Assembly (NCBI GenBank): GCA_951406725.2
Contig: OX597815.1
Coordinates: 138,384,001-138,448,000, forward strand
Direction: 5' to 3'
Source of the DNA: Octopus vulgaris
Taxonomy: Eukaryota
Length of the DNA stretch: 64,000 nucleotides
Shown here in pieces: positions 25,828-39,831 of this stretch (position 1 is its first letter; each line of letters begins with the position of its first letter). The notes below the pieces were generated by a model that was not told the origin of the DNA, searched no databases, and saw nothing but the letters and a program-made list of their open reading frames with translations. The position numbers and the translations under genes are program-made.

Positions 25828-28150
25828 TTTACTCTTTACTCTATTATTCATATACTTGTTTCAGTCATTTGACTGTGGCCATGCTGGAGCACCGCCTTTA
25901 GTCGAGCAAATCGACCCCAGGACTTAGTCTTTGTAAGCCCAGTACTTATTCTATCGGTCTCTTTTGCCGAACCGCTACGTTACAGAGACGTATACACACC
26001 AGCATCGGTTGTCAAGCGATGTTGTGGGGACAAACACAGACACACAAACATGTACACACATGCATATATATATACATATATACAACGGACTTCTTTCAGT
26101 TTCCATCTACCAAATCCACTCACAAGGCTTTGGTCAGCCTAAGGCTATAGTAGAAGACACTTGCCCAGGGTGCCACGCAGTGAGACTGAACCCGGAACCA
26201 TGTGGTTGGTAAGCAAGCTACTTTATTTCATTAAATTTGTCATAAAGACAGTACATAGATTAGGTAGCTTGCGGGCTGGACATACATTAATGGAATGAAT
26301 GATAATGATGCAAGGATGATAAGGATGGGAGAGGACAGAAAGCATCCGCCGACCCTCTACTCCTCTATAACATTGTTCTTTAATAAATTATTATAAAAGG
26401 CAATGAAACTCTTACAAAAATGACAACAATATTAATATATTGTGGTCCCAAAACACGATTCTGAACAAGTCCTTCGAAAAGGAGCTCACCTCCGATATGA
26501 CCTTCGCAGTCACCTGCGAAGGCCAACTCTTGCCTTCGGTCCAGGCTAAGGGCTCCTCTGTCAAGCCTCGCTTCCTTGGGAAGCTTTCTATCGCCCCTCC
26601 CTTCAGAGTATGACAAACTCATCTTCCTTCCTTCCGGGGTGGGCCAGTGCTCCCTCTGTCGGTGGCACACTTCCCACCGACAGAGTTTCGGATCATGCTG
26701 GCAGTTGATCGTCAACTGCTAGCGATGTCCTATTCTTTTTTCTCTTTTCCTTTTTTTCTCTTTTCGACGGGAGGGTGGAGTTCCTCTAACTTGTCCGGGA
26801 GTCTCTCCTTCCTTCTCGCCGCCTCAGAATCCATCGGTGGGCAATCTTTTTTTCTTTTCGAGGGGGTTACCTCCTCCTCGACTTTTTCTACCTCTCCCTC
26901 CGTTATATAATCAGGAGGCTCCGTTGGAGGAAGAACATCCTCCTCTATTAACTTCTCCAGTGCCCTTGCTTGGTTCTTGGGGCAGTTCTTTATGTGGCCC
27001 GATTCCAGGCACAGGTGACGCTTGGGTAGGGGAGCGTCCCTCAAGAGTCACCGGATACCTAGAACCGGCCATCTTATGAAAATCTGGAAAAATCAGATCT
27101 TTGGCTGATTAGGTCTATAGGGTCAAAATTGCTTTCGACCTCGCCCAATCATCCACAGGAAGCATTTATCATTCAAGATCCTGGCTCTGACGCCACCCAA
27201 ACCCTGTTGGATAGTGCCCTCTGTGCACTCAGGCTTTATTCCGGGTGGCAGTCCACTCACCCAGGCTCAATTTCGTCCCACGATATGTGGGGAGAAGCAA
27301 AACTTCTTTCCCCTTCCAAGAGCTGACTAGCCAAAATGCTAGCCTCCTTAGAGGTGTCAAATAGCAACTACACTGTTGCAAATTTGACACCCCTTGCGAT
27401 AAACATGATAGTTGGTAGGTATTCTGCCAACTCTTTTTCTATCTCTACTTGAGAGAACACAGTGATGGTGTCGAGGGACTTGGACTATGTCCTCAACACC
27501 ACCATTTTCTCATTACGGTCCTTTAACCACTACATAGAAGGTAAAATCACCCATTCCAACACAGTGCCCTTCTCTGTTGCTATGCTTGCAAAAACAAGAG
27601 AAAGCCCCCCCCCCCCCATAAGGTCCAACACTAAGTTAAAAAAAGTCCAATAAAAACACAAAAAAGAACAGAAAGACAGAGCAGAGAAAAAGAACGAAGG
27701 AGGACAGTTCAAATCACGGCAACACAATTCCGCCACTCCGGTAATCCACACGAATAGAGGTACTCCAGTCGCAGCCCCAAAATTAATTCTTGGTGTCCTC
27801 GTACTCCTTGTCTGTGGTGAATCCAATTGAACTCCATGAACAAAGTAACACAAAGACAATTTCCATAACGCAAACAAATTTTTGCGGAGGGGATACGCCT
27901 CCTCAAAAACACAATTCTCACTGCAAAGTGAGTTTTTATGCACGACCGCAGAGTGGAGACTGTTGTTCATCAAAAATCATTAAATACAAAGCAACAAACT
28001 CCATTAAGCCTCCCCCAAATAGAACAAACACCTGCCTGTAGTCGAGCTTCAAAAGTTCAATATTTCACGACGAAAGACGTGACTTTCAAGTAGCAAGAAC
28101 TCTCATGTAGTAAAGTAAGGAAGCTACTTACCACACAGCCATTCCTACGC
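25828..28150 (-). mobile_element. Family-B tRNA/CORE SINE split by a 1.9-kb insertion (parts 25828-26223 and 28115-28150)
   Basis: Head gcgtaggaatggctgtgtggtaagtagcttccttac resumes as caaccacatggttccgggttcagtctcactgcgtggcaccctgggcaag on the other side. Confidence 0.9.
26224..28114 (-). mobile_element. ORF1-only L1/Tx1-like retroelement (HAL1-like), decayed
   Basis: 15-bp TSD gtaag(c/g)aagctactt; 3' end ...aatgaaataaa; frameshifted ORF with PVTLEGR followed by a zinc-knuckle remnant (HLCLESGHIKNCP) and an acidic/basic tail; no RT or endonuclease seen. Confidence 0.75.
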
Positions 28151-29616
28151 TTGTTTAAAGTCGAACGGAATAAAGAAACAAGCAAAAAGTGAAAATATTA
28201 AAAACAGAAAGAAAAGAAAACAGAAAAACGAGAAAAACAAGAAAGGAAACAAAAAGCAATGAGCAACGGATTTTGAAAAGATGTGGAATAATATCACTGG
28301 CCTCGATGGAAGAAAGTTTTTGACACTTAACAATAGACAGTATTAACAAGAAATATTGTGCAATTGTAATGTGTATGTTGAAATTTTTTTAACAGATGAC
28401 ATCCCATTTATTAAATGAAGAAAAGATATTTTAATAAATAAATTATTTTTAAGACTAACATTTACAAAAAGACCATTATATTAGACTTAAATGTATTAGT
28501 GTTGAGAATTAAATACATGCATTGAACGTCGGTTACCAATTAGAATTGCTTTTTACTGTGAATAAGCATATGTAAAGCATTGTATTCTTTTTTCCATACT
28601 TTTGGACAAATGTTAGCAAATGCCACTTCTACCCATCCGATTTTACTGCATAATTTTGCTTCATGTAAAATTAATTGGAGGAATGTGATGCATAAAAGCC
28701 ACTGAGCATTAATTAAGATCTTTAATTAAACGAATGAAGAAATTGCAACATATATAGAAAGAAAGAAAAGAAATTAAATTTACAATTTCACATCATGATG
28801 AAAATAATTCAGGTTTATTTTACCTGTTGATTTTTCTAGTCTGTCAAACTGTCATTTGATTAGACCGCATATTTATTCAGTTTTCGGAAGGTTGTATAAA
28901 AATTTGTAAATTGAACTTAAATTAGTTTTAAATCTCTCATATTTTCTGGAGCTATACAGCAGATCTGACAAGTGAAAGCCGAAGAAATTTAAATAAGTTA
29001 ACTAAAGTTCTTATAAGTGAAATGTTTGCATTCCACTCAATCATCTCACTCTGTACCTCTCTGTCTATCTCTCTGTCTGTCTGTCTCTAGTGTCTGTCTA
29101 TTTCTGTCTTTAACACACATGCACACATCAGTGGGCTAATACTGTAACAAATAAATCGATGGTTACTTGGTCTCGGAGACAAATATATTTTGATTTATAT
29201 GGTGTCTTTAGTATTGTGTATAGCCCATGACAAATATACTTAACTTTCACTTGTCTCGTCCGCCTACATTATCCTATTAAGTACTGGGTTTAGAGAAAAA
29301 ATGGAATAAAATATATACGCAATAATATGATTCCACAACTCTTTTGCTAGTTTCAGTCACTGAAGCTCTACCGTGGTGTGGGTTATCAAAGACGATTTTA
29401 TCAACCTCAGTACTCTCTTTTATCAATATTTGTCGAGCAGATATACTAGGAGAAATAAGCAATATTACCAACTTTTAAGTCTTGTAATCATAGAAAATAA
29501 AACACACACACACACACACACATGCATACACACAAAAATACACGCAAAAATACACGCAAACTCACATACATGCATACACACACACATAAAGGTTGATTTA
29601 GATATAATTACTATTT

Positions 29617-29908
29617 CATTATTACTTAGATTACTTAGAGTACTTAGAGTACTTAGATAAGTTTTGGCCGAAGTTGGCCCAGGCCGTGTCTAAGTTAATA
29701 GTCCGCCTGGAAGAGATACACAGTCAGCTCTTGGGTACCATAGCCCATTCGAGCAGAAAGTTACTGTTTTTAGAGATATATCCGGGTGTGGGTGGTTTGT
29801 CGGGTATTTGGTAAAGTTCCGGGGACCGTTTGAATGCAGTGAAGTCACTTTCCTTCTTTATGTGAGCTGGCACGATGTTGAAGAGAGCAGGACCAGTTAG
29901 TCCCAAAT
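29617..29908 (-). mobile_element. CR1-type LINE 3' stub with 9-bp (TCTAAGTAM)n tail
   Basis: [23 protein letters not shown]...IPDKPPTPGY...NFLLEW; ttacttaga/gtacttaga repeats. Confidence 0.8.
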
Positions 29909-29951
29909 ATTACACATACACACACACACATATATAATGTATATATATATA

Positions 29952-30067
<116 letters not shown>

Positions 30068-30131
30068 GTGTATATATATATATGTATAATGACGACGCAT
30101 AAATTCGTGAATCGTTCTCTGATTACTAATA

Positions 30132-30290
30132 GGCGCAGTCATGGGTGTGAGGTAAGAAGCTCGATTCGTGGCTTGCGGTTCAGTTCCACTGCGTGGCACC
30201 TTGGCCAGGTGTTTTCTACTATAGCCTCGGGCCGACCAAAACCTTGTGAGTGGATTTGGTGGACGGAAACTGAAAGAAGCCCGTCGTATA
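30132..30290 (+). mobile_element. 5' half of family-B SINE
   Basis: ggttcagttccactgcgtggcaccttggccaggtg...ggaaactgaaagaagcccgtcgtatata. Confidence 0.85.
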
Positions 30291-30364
30291 TATATACGAA
30301 TATAATATAAGAAATTAAAAAGGAAAATACGCACATTTTACATAGTTTTAATATAATTTTTAAT

Positions 30365-30399
30365 ATATCGACCAGTTTCGCTATCGCTATTCATGATAT
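30365..30399 (-). ncRNA. Minimal hammerhead-like motif, A3-U8 core variant (inverted copy)
   Basis: Minus strand atatc ATGAATA gc-gata-gc GAAA CTGG TC gatat. Confidence 0.6.
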
Positions 30400-31529
30400 T
30401 ATGTTTTACTTATTTGAACATATATTTTTTTCTTAAGAAGAAATTTGGTCCATGTTGTGTGTCATGAAATTCACGAGTGAATGACTTCACAAGTAGACAA
30501 ATAAAGGGAGGTAATTAGTTGTCGTTATTATTGTTATTGTTGTGGGTAAGGGGATTAAACGTGCCAAACAATTAGACTAAAAAACACTGAAAATAAAAAA
30601 AAACATAACACCACACCTCAACTCAAAACATTACTATTTATATCAATACACAACCCCAGAAACAGTGAGGCATTCAACACTATTGTGCGAACTCTTCCTT
30701 TACTTACTAGAGATCCAAAAATGAAGGACATCCTGAAAACACACAAACTCATCAAATGCAAAAAACAAGACAAATCGCTAAAGAGACTACTAACAAATGC
30801 GAAGCTTTACAAAACAACCACGAAACCAACGGTTGAAAAATGTGGACGCCCAAACTGTGGAACCTGCTTGAAAGCTCTAATTTCCTTTTCAAAGACAGAG
30901 GTTCACAATTATAACTAGTTTCACTTGTGCCTCTGAGAACCTAATTTATGTAATAACCTGCTCGGTCTGTGCACACCACTATATTGCACAAACGAGTATG
31001 ACCCTGAGAAAGAGAACCACTCTACATAAGTAGCAAATCTGTTTCCCGCAATACAGACAAATTCCTCTCAGTGAACATATAGAAAAATGTGCAGGTAACA
31101 TCAAACCAAATTTCACAGTCTTCCCTTTCTACCAGTGCAAAGACGCAATCTCTCAACTAGAACGTTTAAATAAAGAAACTCTTTTCATTGAAAAATACAA
31201 AACACGTCTTAATATGCACGCATAACCAACTTTTATCTTTTTACATATTTCAATTCACGGTTACATCACTGTACATAAATCCCCTACTAAACAAGGTTTT
31301 TGAAACTCGTCTCTATCTGTACACATATATAATCCCCACCCATTACCGAAAGCTGAACAGATATCTCCCTTACCCACAACAATAACAATAATAACGACAA
31401 CCAATTACCTCCCTTTATTTGTCTACTTGCGAAGTTATTCACTCGGGAATTTCATCATACACAACATAGAACAAATTTCTTAGGGGGAAAAATATATATT
31501 TATATATATATTCAAATAAGTAAAACATA

Positions 31530-31564
31530 ATATCATGAATAGCGACAGCGAAACCGGTCGATAT
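31530..31564 (+). ncRNA. Minimal hammerhead-like motif, A3-U8 core variant
   Basis: atatc ATGAATA gc-gaca-gc GAAA CCGG TC gatat: 5-bp helix I, 2-bp helix II, palindromic helix III, GUC site. Confidence 0.68.
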
Positions 31565-31718
31565 ATTAAAAACTATATTAAAACTATGTAAGTGTGCGTA
31601 TTTCCCTTTTTATATTTCTTATATACATTACAACTCACCACGTGGGGATAATCGAAATTCCTCTTTTCTGTTACTACTACTACTATATATTTATTTCTTT
31701 TTTTCTTAAACCTTCCCG

Positions 31719-31755
<37 letters not shown>

Positions 31756-33689
31756 TACGCATATATTACATTCTGTAGCTTCATATACGAAGTTATAATC
31801 TGAAATGTATCAATTTAAATTGGAGTGTAGTTTTTTTCCTTCTATCATTCATTGATCTACACTTCCATTAAGGTAATATTTAAAATAAATATTTTCTCAA
31901 GCTAATAAACAAAATTACGGACTCCATCTTTGAAACCTTGCAAGTAAAACAGTAATTCTTCTTCTGATTTTATTTTAATGAAAATAAGAGCATAAAAACT
32001 TTACTATAAAATATATCTGGCCTAAGTATAGAAGATTTGTGAGTAGTATAACGAAATCTTCTGGTGTTGTTCTGGGAATAAATGAAACCTCACAAAAGTA
32101 GATATTTACAACGATTTCCCTATCTTTGAGCGTACTAATTATTTTCGTTATTTAGAAAACTCACAGCAACTTTTGCATAAGAATGGAAAGTGTGACGTTT
32201 ACATTTTCCCCAGAGGGCGTTAGTAAAACAAAAAAAAAAACTGGGTCGCATAATATCGATGTTGCCGTCAGTCATTTCGTGTCTCACACCGCTAGTAATT
32301 CTGATAATTTATCTTTTCATTATCTGATATATTTTGGTCTTCATTTTGTTGCCATATCAGGGTAGATTATTTATACTTTGAAATAACTCACTGCATGTAT
32401 GCGAATTCTTTATTAACCGGCAGATGTAACAGTTGATTTTCTTGTACGTTTACTTCTTCTAATCATTTATCAGTTTTCTTCTAACGTCGTGATTCACAGC
32501 AAAACTGAAAAATAAAAAATAAAAAAAAAGGAGTTCCTTTGGCATGATAAATTTACATAGTTTTGTGCTATTTTAAAATATGATAATATTTCAGGATATA
32601 TATGTAATTGAACAAAATAGATCCAAAGATAACATGAGCATTACAAGAAATGCAATATTCTAAATATATTTAAATTAATGTTTAAGGCTTGTAGTTACAT
32701 AAATTCTAAAGAGAAAGCATATAACCTTATCATTCGATATATTCTATTTATGCATTGTATATCTTGAATATGCTTTAGTAAACACTTTTTTTAGATTTTT
32801 ATGCACTAAATAAAAAAAGTTCGATTCCTATCAGTAAGAAACTAAAAGCTATTTCACTCACGAACACAAAATAAGTGGTGACTTGATTGTTCTACAAGTG
32901 TACTGTAGACCTTGTAATTTCAAGGAGTCGGACGTTATCTGTGTTGCAGTACCCTTTCTTTCTGCTGTTGTTTCAGCTAGATTTATGTTCACTAGATAAT
33001 TTCGAAGCATATGTTATACAGTACATACATAATTATATAAGTTATTTGGCTTGAAACTAGGAATTTAATACTCAATTTATAGATAAGAAATATTATTAAT
33101 ATTATTACATGAAACAGAAGCATTATGTTCGTGCACAGTTTTGATAAGGAAAGAAGATTATGACTCCTTCAGTGATTGTCTCTAAAGACATGGAAGGCAT
33201 TGTATGAATTAGTATACAATAAACCTTTTTGTGCCTGAGAGTTGTCCTAATACTTCAAATATACATCCAAAACGTAACAGATGTAAAGAGAATGGTACAT
33301 GAAACAAAATGTTACAAAGTACGTCAATAATTATTGGTAGTGACATCATGGGACAGATTTGGTTTCTAAATAATTAATGATTTTGGCAATTAAAACCTCG
33401 GGTCATATTTTCTGTTATAGCTATTGCAGACCACCATAAATTGGATTTTACCGCTTATTGATGCAACTTCAGTTGTTTATTACTTTAGAATAATCACATA
33501 ACCAAATATGACATGAATATTTTTGAGATTTCTATAATGGTTCTGGTTACATCACACGTAAAATTCAATCAATATATTGATAATTTCTGTTACGAAAACA
33601 TCGTAGGGTAATCTTCAAGAGGATACTCAGCCTGGTTTTCATTCAGTTTATGTGAAGTTAGTCAAACTTATTTTCGTACAATTATTTGT

Positions 33690-34330
33690 TCATGAGGAAA
33701 GGAGAGTGGCCAGAACGATACGGTTTCTATGTAGCTGAGATGTGTAAAGGAAGAATGGCAGGGTCTGAGGGATGAAGACAGCATGAGGAAAAATTAGATG
33801 GTAGCTAGCTGGAAGTAGTTAGAAATTTGTTAGTTCAGATGAACAAAGCTCGTTATAGAAGCCAGAGACTGTAGGGTGAGGAAGAATGGATCAGTGGCGA
33901 TCAGTGGAATGACTGCGTTTTAGAAGAGATCTGCATTTTAGTAGCAACAGCATCAGATGCCGGAGTAGTCTTTGGCATGAAGACTTAGCTATGCAATGCA
34001 ATGATTTTAGGGCTGTCAGTAAAGATCATCAAATATTATAGGACCTTGTATTTGTAGCAGTCTCAAGAGTTGTAGCGGTCTCAAGAGTTAATTGCATGTT
34101 GTTCAAAACTAGAAAGTGCGAAATACAATAGTGTTTTCCTGGTAGCAAAAATAGCTATTTCTTTATGCTCTGTAAGAGGCAAGGCATTCATGGTTTCATT
34201 TGAGAAATTTTAGAGATTAATGGAAGCTGAGTAAGTCTAGTGTGTGGTATATAGATTGCATATAGATAATGGCTGTGGGAAGAAACTCAGTAAGATGTCA
34301 TCAGCTACATAGGAATGACTTCCTAGCTAG
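33690..34330 (-). mobile_element. Highly decayed CR1/Jockey-group LINE RT remnant
   Basis: Minus strand HSYVADDI near 34320-34295 and FPHAVFIP near 33790; otherwise eroded. Confidence 0.45.
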
Positions 34331-34934
34331 CAGGTTGTTAATATTCAGTAGGATGAGAGTGTGGTAAACAGCCTAACTGAACTGAAGAGTACACCACATT
34401 TGACAGATTGGCGTTCCATGGGACATCTTCGATGCACACTGTAATATCGTGATGAAACGTCGAAGATTCCAATTCAGTAAGAGGACAAGGTGTCGAGATG
34501 GTTGTCAGGATAGACAATATAAAAAAAAACTTTGTTGATACTAAGTACAACTTTTCAAGAAGAACTTAAATTCTTAAGAATGAGGGACTACCAATGAGTG
34601 GCAAAAGGGCAGGTTTCTGCTATATTTGTCACTACAAAGACGAAGGGGAAGGAATGAAAGTGTAAGAAAAAAATCTGACTGTTAACAATTTTGTGTGTGA
34701 CTGGCATCTACACACCATATTTGTTTATATCTAAAGAGCCTGGCTTATTTAGAGTTAAATGTCACTGGTATACACAGCCAGGAACTGGATACACAAACTG
34801 TTACAATGATAGCGAAGAATTACAATAAGAAATCCACCAGCTATAATAGCACGTATAGCTGCAGTGTTGGCATAATATGATATGATATATCAAAAACTCA
34901 GCTCACAAGAACCGGTCCACCTGGAAAAAGATAT

Positions 34935-34983
<49 letters not shown>

Positions 34984-34986
<3 letters not shown>

Positions 34987-35620
34987 TAAATTAGAGATAA
35001 AACCACTATTAGGCAAATCAAACAGTTTCTAGTTTGATAATAGTGTTTATTATAAGTAAAATTATTATATTATTTATATCTTAAAAATATTGTTTAAATA
35101 TTTCTGATTATTTTAAAAATATTTCAATTAACCTGAAGATTTACTGTAACCATAACTCGAATTATTAATTGAATTTAAATTATTGTTATTCGAATTGGTA
35201 CACCCATGAAACGATCGTAGTGTTTTACTCTTTATCTTTTATTAAACTTTTAATACTTTTTGATATTTATATTTAAAAAAAATTACAATAATAATAAATA
35301 AATAAATTAATAAAATAATATATAAATATAAAAATATACATACATATATATATATTTGTATATATATATTTAAAATTTAAATTATTTAAATAATTTAAAA
35401 TTATTTAAATAATTTAAATTATTTAAATAATTTTTTGATTTTTAACTTTTATATTTTAAAATTAATTTTATGTATTGGCTTATGTTTTTCACTGTTTGAT
35501 TTGCCTAATAGTGGTTTTATCTCTAATTTAATATAATATAATATAATATAATATATTTATACTATAAAATTGGATTTCATCCTCAATCTAATTTTTCCTT
35601 GTAAGTTTGGATTTATTCCC
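34984..35620 (+). mobile_element. AT-rich non-coding PLE-like element with perfect 43-bp inverted repeat and decayed hammerhead
   Basis: 34984-35026 is the reverse complement of 35491-35533; CTGAAGA (35133)...GAAACGATCGTA (35208); begins in (TA)n. Confidence 0.6.
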
Positions 35621-35737
<117 letters not shown>

Positions 35738-38700
35738 TGCATATTTATTCTATAGTTGTATATAGTAAATGCTATAATCTCGACTTTGAAATATTCTTCA
35801 GTTTTACATATTTACATCGATTATTTTTTTATTTTTAGTTTCATATTATAATTAGCAACGATATATTGGAAAAATGTTAATATATTTTGGCTAAGGAAAG
35901 GAACGAAATTCTTTGATAATGACTTGAGTTTGAATACACACTCTTACTTAGGTATTATAAATGAGACCTTAAAATATTTTCTGCAACTTTGGTTATAAAT
36001 TAGCCTAATCATTCCATGTTCGAATGTATTCACCAAAGGAAAAATCCCCAAAATGTAAAAAATAAGTACAATTTTTAATGAAATCAACCTATAATTTTTT
36101 TTCAATATTATATAATATTCCGATGATGTCTAGGAATTCAGAATACAGAAATAATCTTCTCATCCTCCTGAATTTGCTTTCTTTCAAATCTACAAAAAGG
36201 AATAGTTTTAGAAATTACTCTTCATGTTGTTCTAGGTATCATAATATATTTCCTAGCATATGTTTTTGATTTTAGAGGTAAGAATGTACCACTTAAAAAT
36301 AAAAACAAATCATTCTATCTCTAGAAACTCCATTTAAGTAGTTAAAATTGAAGTAATTTACCTTCTTCATTTTATATCGAGAATTTATTTTGTAGAGTGG
36401 CTAATTGCGTCTTACTAAATTCTTAATTAATATATGTTTGAAGTAATTCTTATTTTGCTGGCAATAATACATTTCTTATTTTCCCCTTCAGTGAATTATT
36501 ATTTCTGTTCTGTGAATATGCAAGTAAAGGAATTATTATGGAAACTATCATATTGAATAATAATTTTCGGTTGCTTTAAAGTAGCATTTATCATACTTAA
36601 TGACTATTTAATTAGCCAAGATATTGTTACCGTATTTTATGCGGTGGGCATTATAAAAAAAAAATGAATATTATGCGGCGAGGAAAAGATATTATTTAGT
36701 CTATGAGCAATAGAACAACTAATTAATTTTTGGTAAATGAGAGGTAAATGAGAAATTCGATGATCGCCTTAATTGAATCTTTTCTAAATATACCTTGTGT
36801 TTATACAAGTAATCAATACTGTCCATCAAAACTTCATACCCTGTAAAACTATCTAGGCTTTACTTACATATGTTATCGGTATTAACAATTTGTCCTGAAA
36901 TATTATTGGCCATGTAGAACAGAATGCTAAATCTGCTTTTAGATGTTGCAGATTAAACAACCTCGTTGAATTCATTTCCCATTAGTATCACTAATGTATT
37001 TTTCAATGTTTGTTTTCAAACGATTTAATTTTTGTTGTGACAACACTTATAATATTTATGAATAGTCTGATGTGGAGAGGTAACGATATTGCATAAATAT
37101 TTTCTGATGTAAAAATGTATATAAAAGATGAAAAAAATCTGTAATCATTCATATAATCGCCGACTCAAAGAAATCTGCCATTATCTTCACCATATCGGAT
37201 GAATAAGTTTCTTATTTCAAGGAATTTTCTGTCGAACCTCTAGAAAGAAGAATGCTTTTGATCTATGAGCATCTTAGTAATTTGATTTTCAAACCGGCTA
37301 CAAAGAAAGAAAAAAAAAATCACATATCGCGAAATTAAATAGATTACTAAAATTATGTAGAATTATTGTGCGAAAGATATATGCATGTACACTCAGACGC
37401 CAATAGTACATAACAGAAAGAAATATATATTGACAAGTACGCATTTATATAAGGACCTAAATTATGAATTTTATATCTCTCACATAAAAATCACCAGTTC
37501 AGTGATTTTATTGCTTAACATATTTCAATACATATATTTACACGCATAAACATGAACATCAAAATATCAAACATTACAGGAAAAAGAAGAAAAAAAAACA
37601 GAGTTAAGAGGAAAACAGCTATTAGGAGGAGGCAAAAAAGATTCGAAGATAAAAGCTCTTGATCCATCGCTGGATATTGCTCAAGTTTTCACTTTTTTAC
37701 ATTAAAACCTAATTGATTATGGTTGTAATAAAACGTTGAAAGATTTGTGAAGTAAATTACGCCATGAATACCACACATTAATGAAAAGTAGTTTGATAAA
37801 TTGGGCTCATAAATTTTTCTATTGAGACAGATTACTTAATGATGGGGCAAGAGAAAGTTAGTAAAGGAGGAAATATGATATGTTAGCAAATATACTAAAT
37901 GTTTGAGATGTCATCTAATTAGGAATTATGGAAAATATGTCACTATGTAAAATATTTGACAAATTAATCAATTACGTAGAGGATAAAATACATGGAATGA
38001 AAATGTTTAATATTTAGCATATGAAATACATATAGATAAATAGAAATTAAATATATTTGGAAAAACATAATAAAAATTGAAATGATGTACATATACTCAT
38101 ACATATATACATATAGACAGAGAAGCATAAATACATACATATATACATATAGACAGAGAATCATAAATACATACATATATACAGATCATACAGGCAAACA
38201 TTCACACACACATACACACTTACTCTAAAGACAGTTATAAAATTTAAGCCACACTCAGTTAACGGATTCAAGACAAGATTAGATCTCGAGAATATTATTA
38301 TTATTATCGAACACATATAAATGATTATCATTCGTTATAGATGACTTTATGTTCCTTTCTATACAAATTTCCAAACGAATGTAGATGGCCTGTTTGAACA
38401 CGTAGCTTTTCTACAGATAGATAGAGAGGATTAACATATTTTAGAGTGAAGTAAAATAAAAAGGGGTATAGTGTATATCACTGTTAGAATGATATAGATG
38501 AGTCTCTATGAAAATTGAAGAATTGATTATAATTAGACGCACAATAAAACAGAAAGGAAAAGAAAATTCGATAGAGAGAAAGAGAGAGAAAAAGAGAGAA
38601 AGAGAGAAAGAGAGAAAAAGAGAGAAAGAGACAGAGAAAAAGAGAGAAAGAGAGAAAAAGAGAGAGTAACAACAGAAAGAAGTAGTTCAGAGGATTGTAA

Positions 38701-39348
38701 AGGGAATGAAGGGATATGTGGGAGTAATAGACAAACGTAGGTGGTGAAATTTTATGCTTTTTAGAAGTATCAAAGTCCAAAGTAAACGATTTTCCTAGTT
38801 AAGAATATAGAAAAATACAAAATAAATGAAAAAATATCTTTCATTAAGAATATAGAACAACCTTTCCAAATTCCCTTCATAGTAATAGAAAATGATAGAT
38901 GGCTGCCATTTAGATGTTTGTGCTTTCAACCAGATCGTAGGTTAATTCACATAATTGAACGTGCCTTTATCCTGTACAGTTAACATAGAGTAAGAATGTA
39001 TTTTACATTTAGCAATTTAGCAATAAATTCTAAATTGTTCCGGAATCTTTGGGAGCCATATATATATAATATCTTGTCCGCCCAGATATAAGGTCAAACT
39101 AATCAGTATAAATCCTTCACACCTCTTCTATACTCTGAACAAATGGCTAGTGTTTTGATATAATAAATATATCTAATAAATATATCTATCCACTCTACCC
39201 AACGTATTGAGTTCTATATCAAATATTGCTTGCACTATGTAGACCCAATACGTTACAGCTTTTACATTACTATACACACACACACACATATATAAATATA
39301 CACATATATATATGTATACATATATATATACGTATATATATGCATATA

Positions 39349-39405
<57 letters not shown>

Positions 39406-39771
39406 GCACGCAGATGAGTGGGCATATACGCACTAATATGGAATCATATGCTTAACTTTCATAACAAAAGAGTTCTAATACAGTTCGGAGGAAGAGTTTT
39501 AATTAATTATATTTCAAATTACTATTCACGTATTTAATTAACTCTGTTAATTATTCTATTATAATGCCATATCTTCTGATAGAATACTTCTTTCAAAGTT
39601 TTACTATATGTTATGTCAGTGTGTTTGTCTATTTCTATCTCTCTATCTGTATGTATACATGTCTGTATACATATGTATGTATGCATGTATATATAATTGT
39701 TTATGCATACATATATATATTTATGTATATATATATAAATATATAAATAAATATATATATATATATGTATA

Positions 39772-39831
<60 letters not shown>

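Larger units (their letters stand above)
30306..31690 (+). mobile_element. 5'-truncated Penelope-like element (Neptune-type GIY-YIG) with inverted pLTR copy at the 5' end
   Basis: 30556-31225: KCGRPNCGTC, FTCASENLIYVITCSVCAHHYIAQT, LRKRTTLH, RLNKETLFIEKYKTRLN; ~250-bp inverted arms 30306-30555 / 31363-31624. Confidence 0.9.

Noticed and set aside
29617-29658. CRISPR-like short repeats
   Set aside because: Spacer-less 9-bp tandem tail of a CR1 element in eukaryotic DNA.
34425-34467. Additional hammerhead (atcttc...GAAACGTC gaagat)
   Set aside because: Helix I and the 3' core fit, but no CUGANGA-equivalent 5' core is present, so it was not counted.
36120-36420. Minus-strand terminal or internal exon candidates
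   Set aside because: In-frame stops in the donor-bearing segment; no supporting homology.
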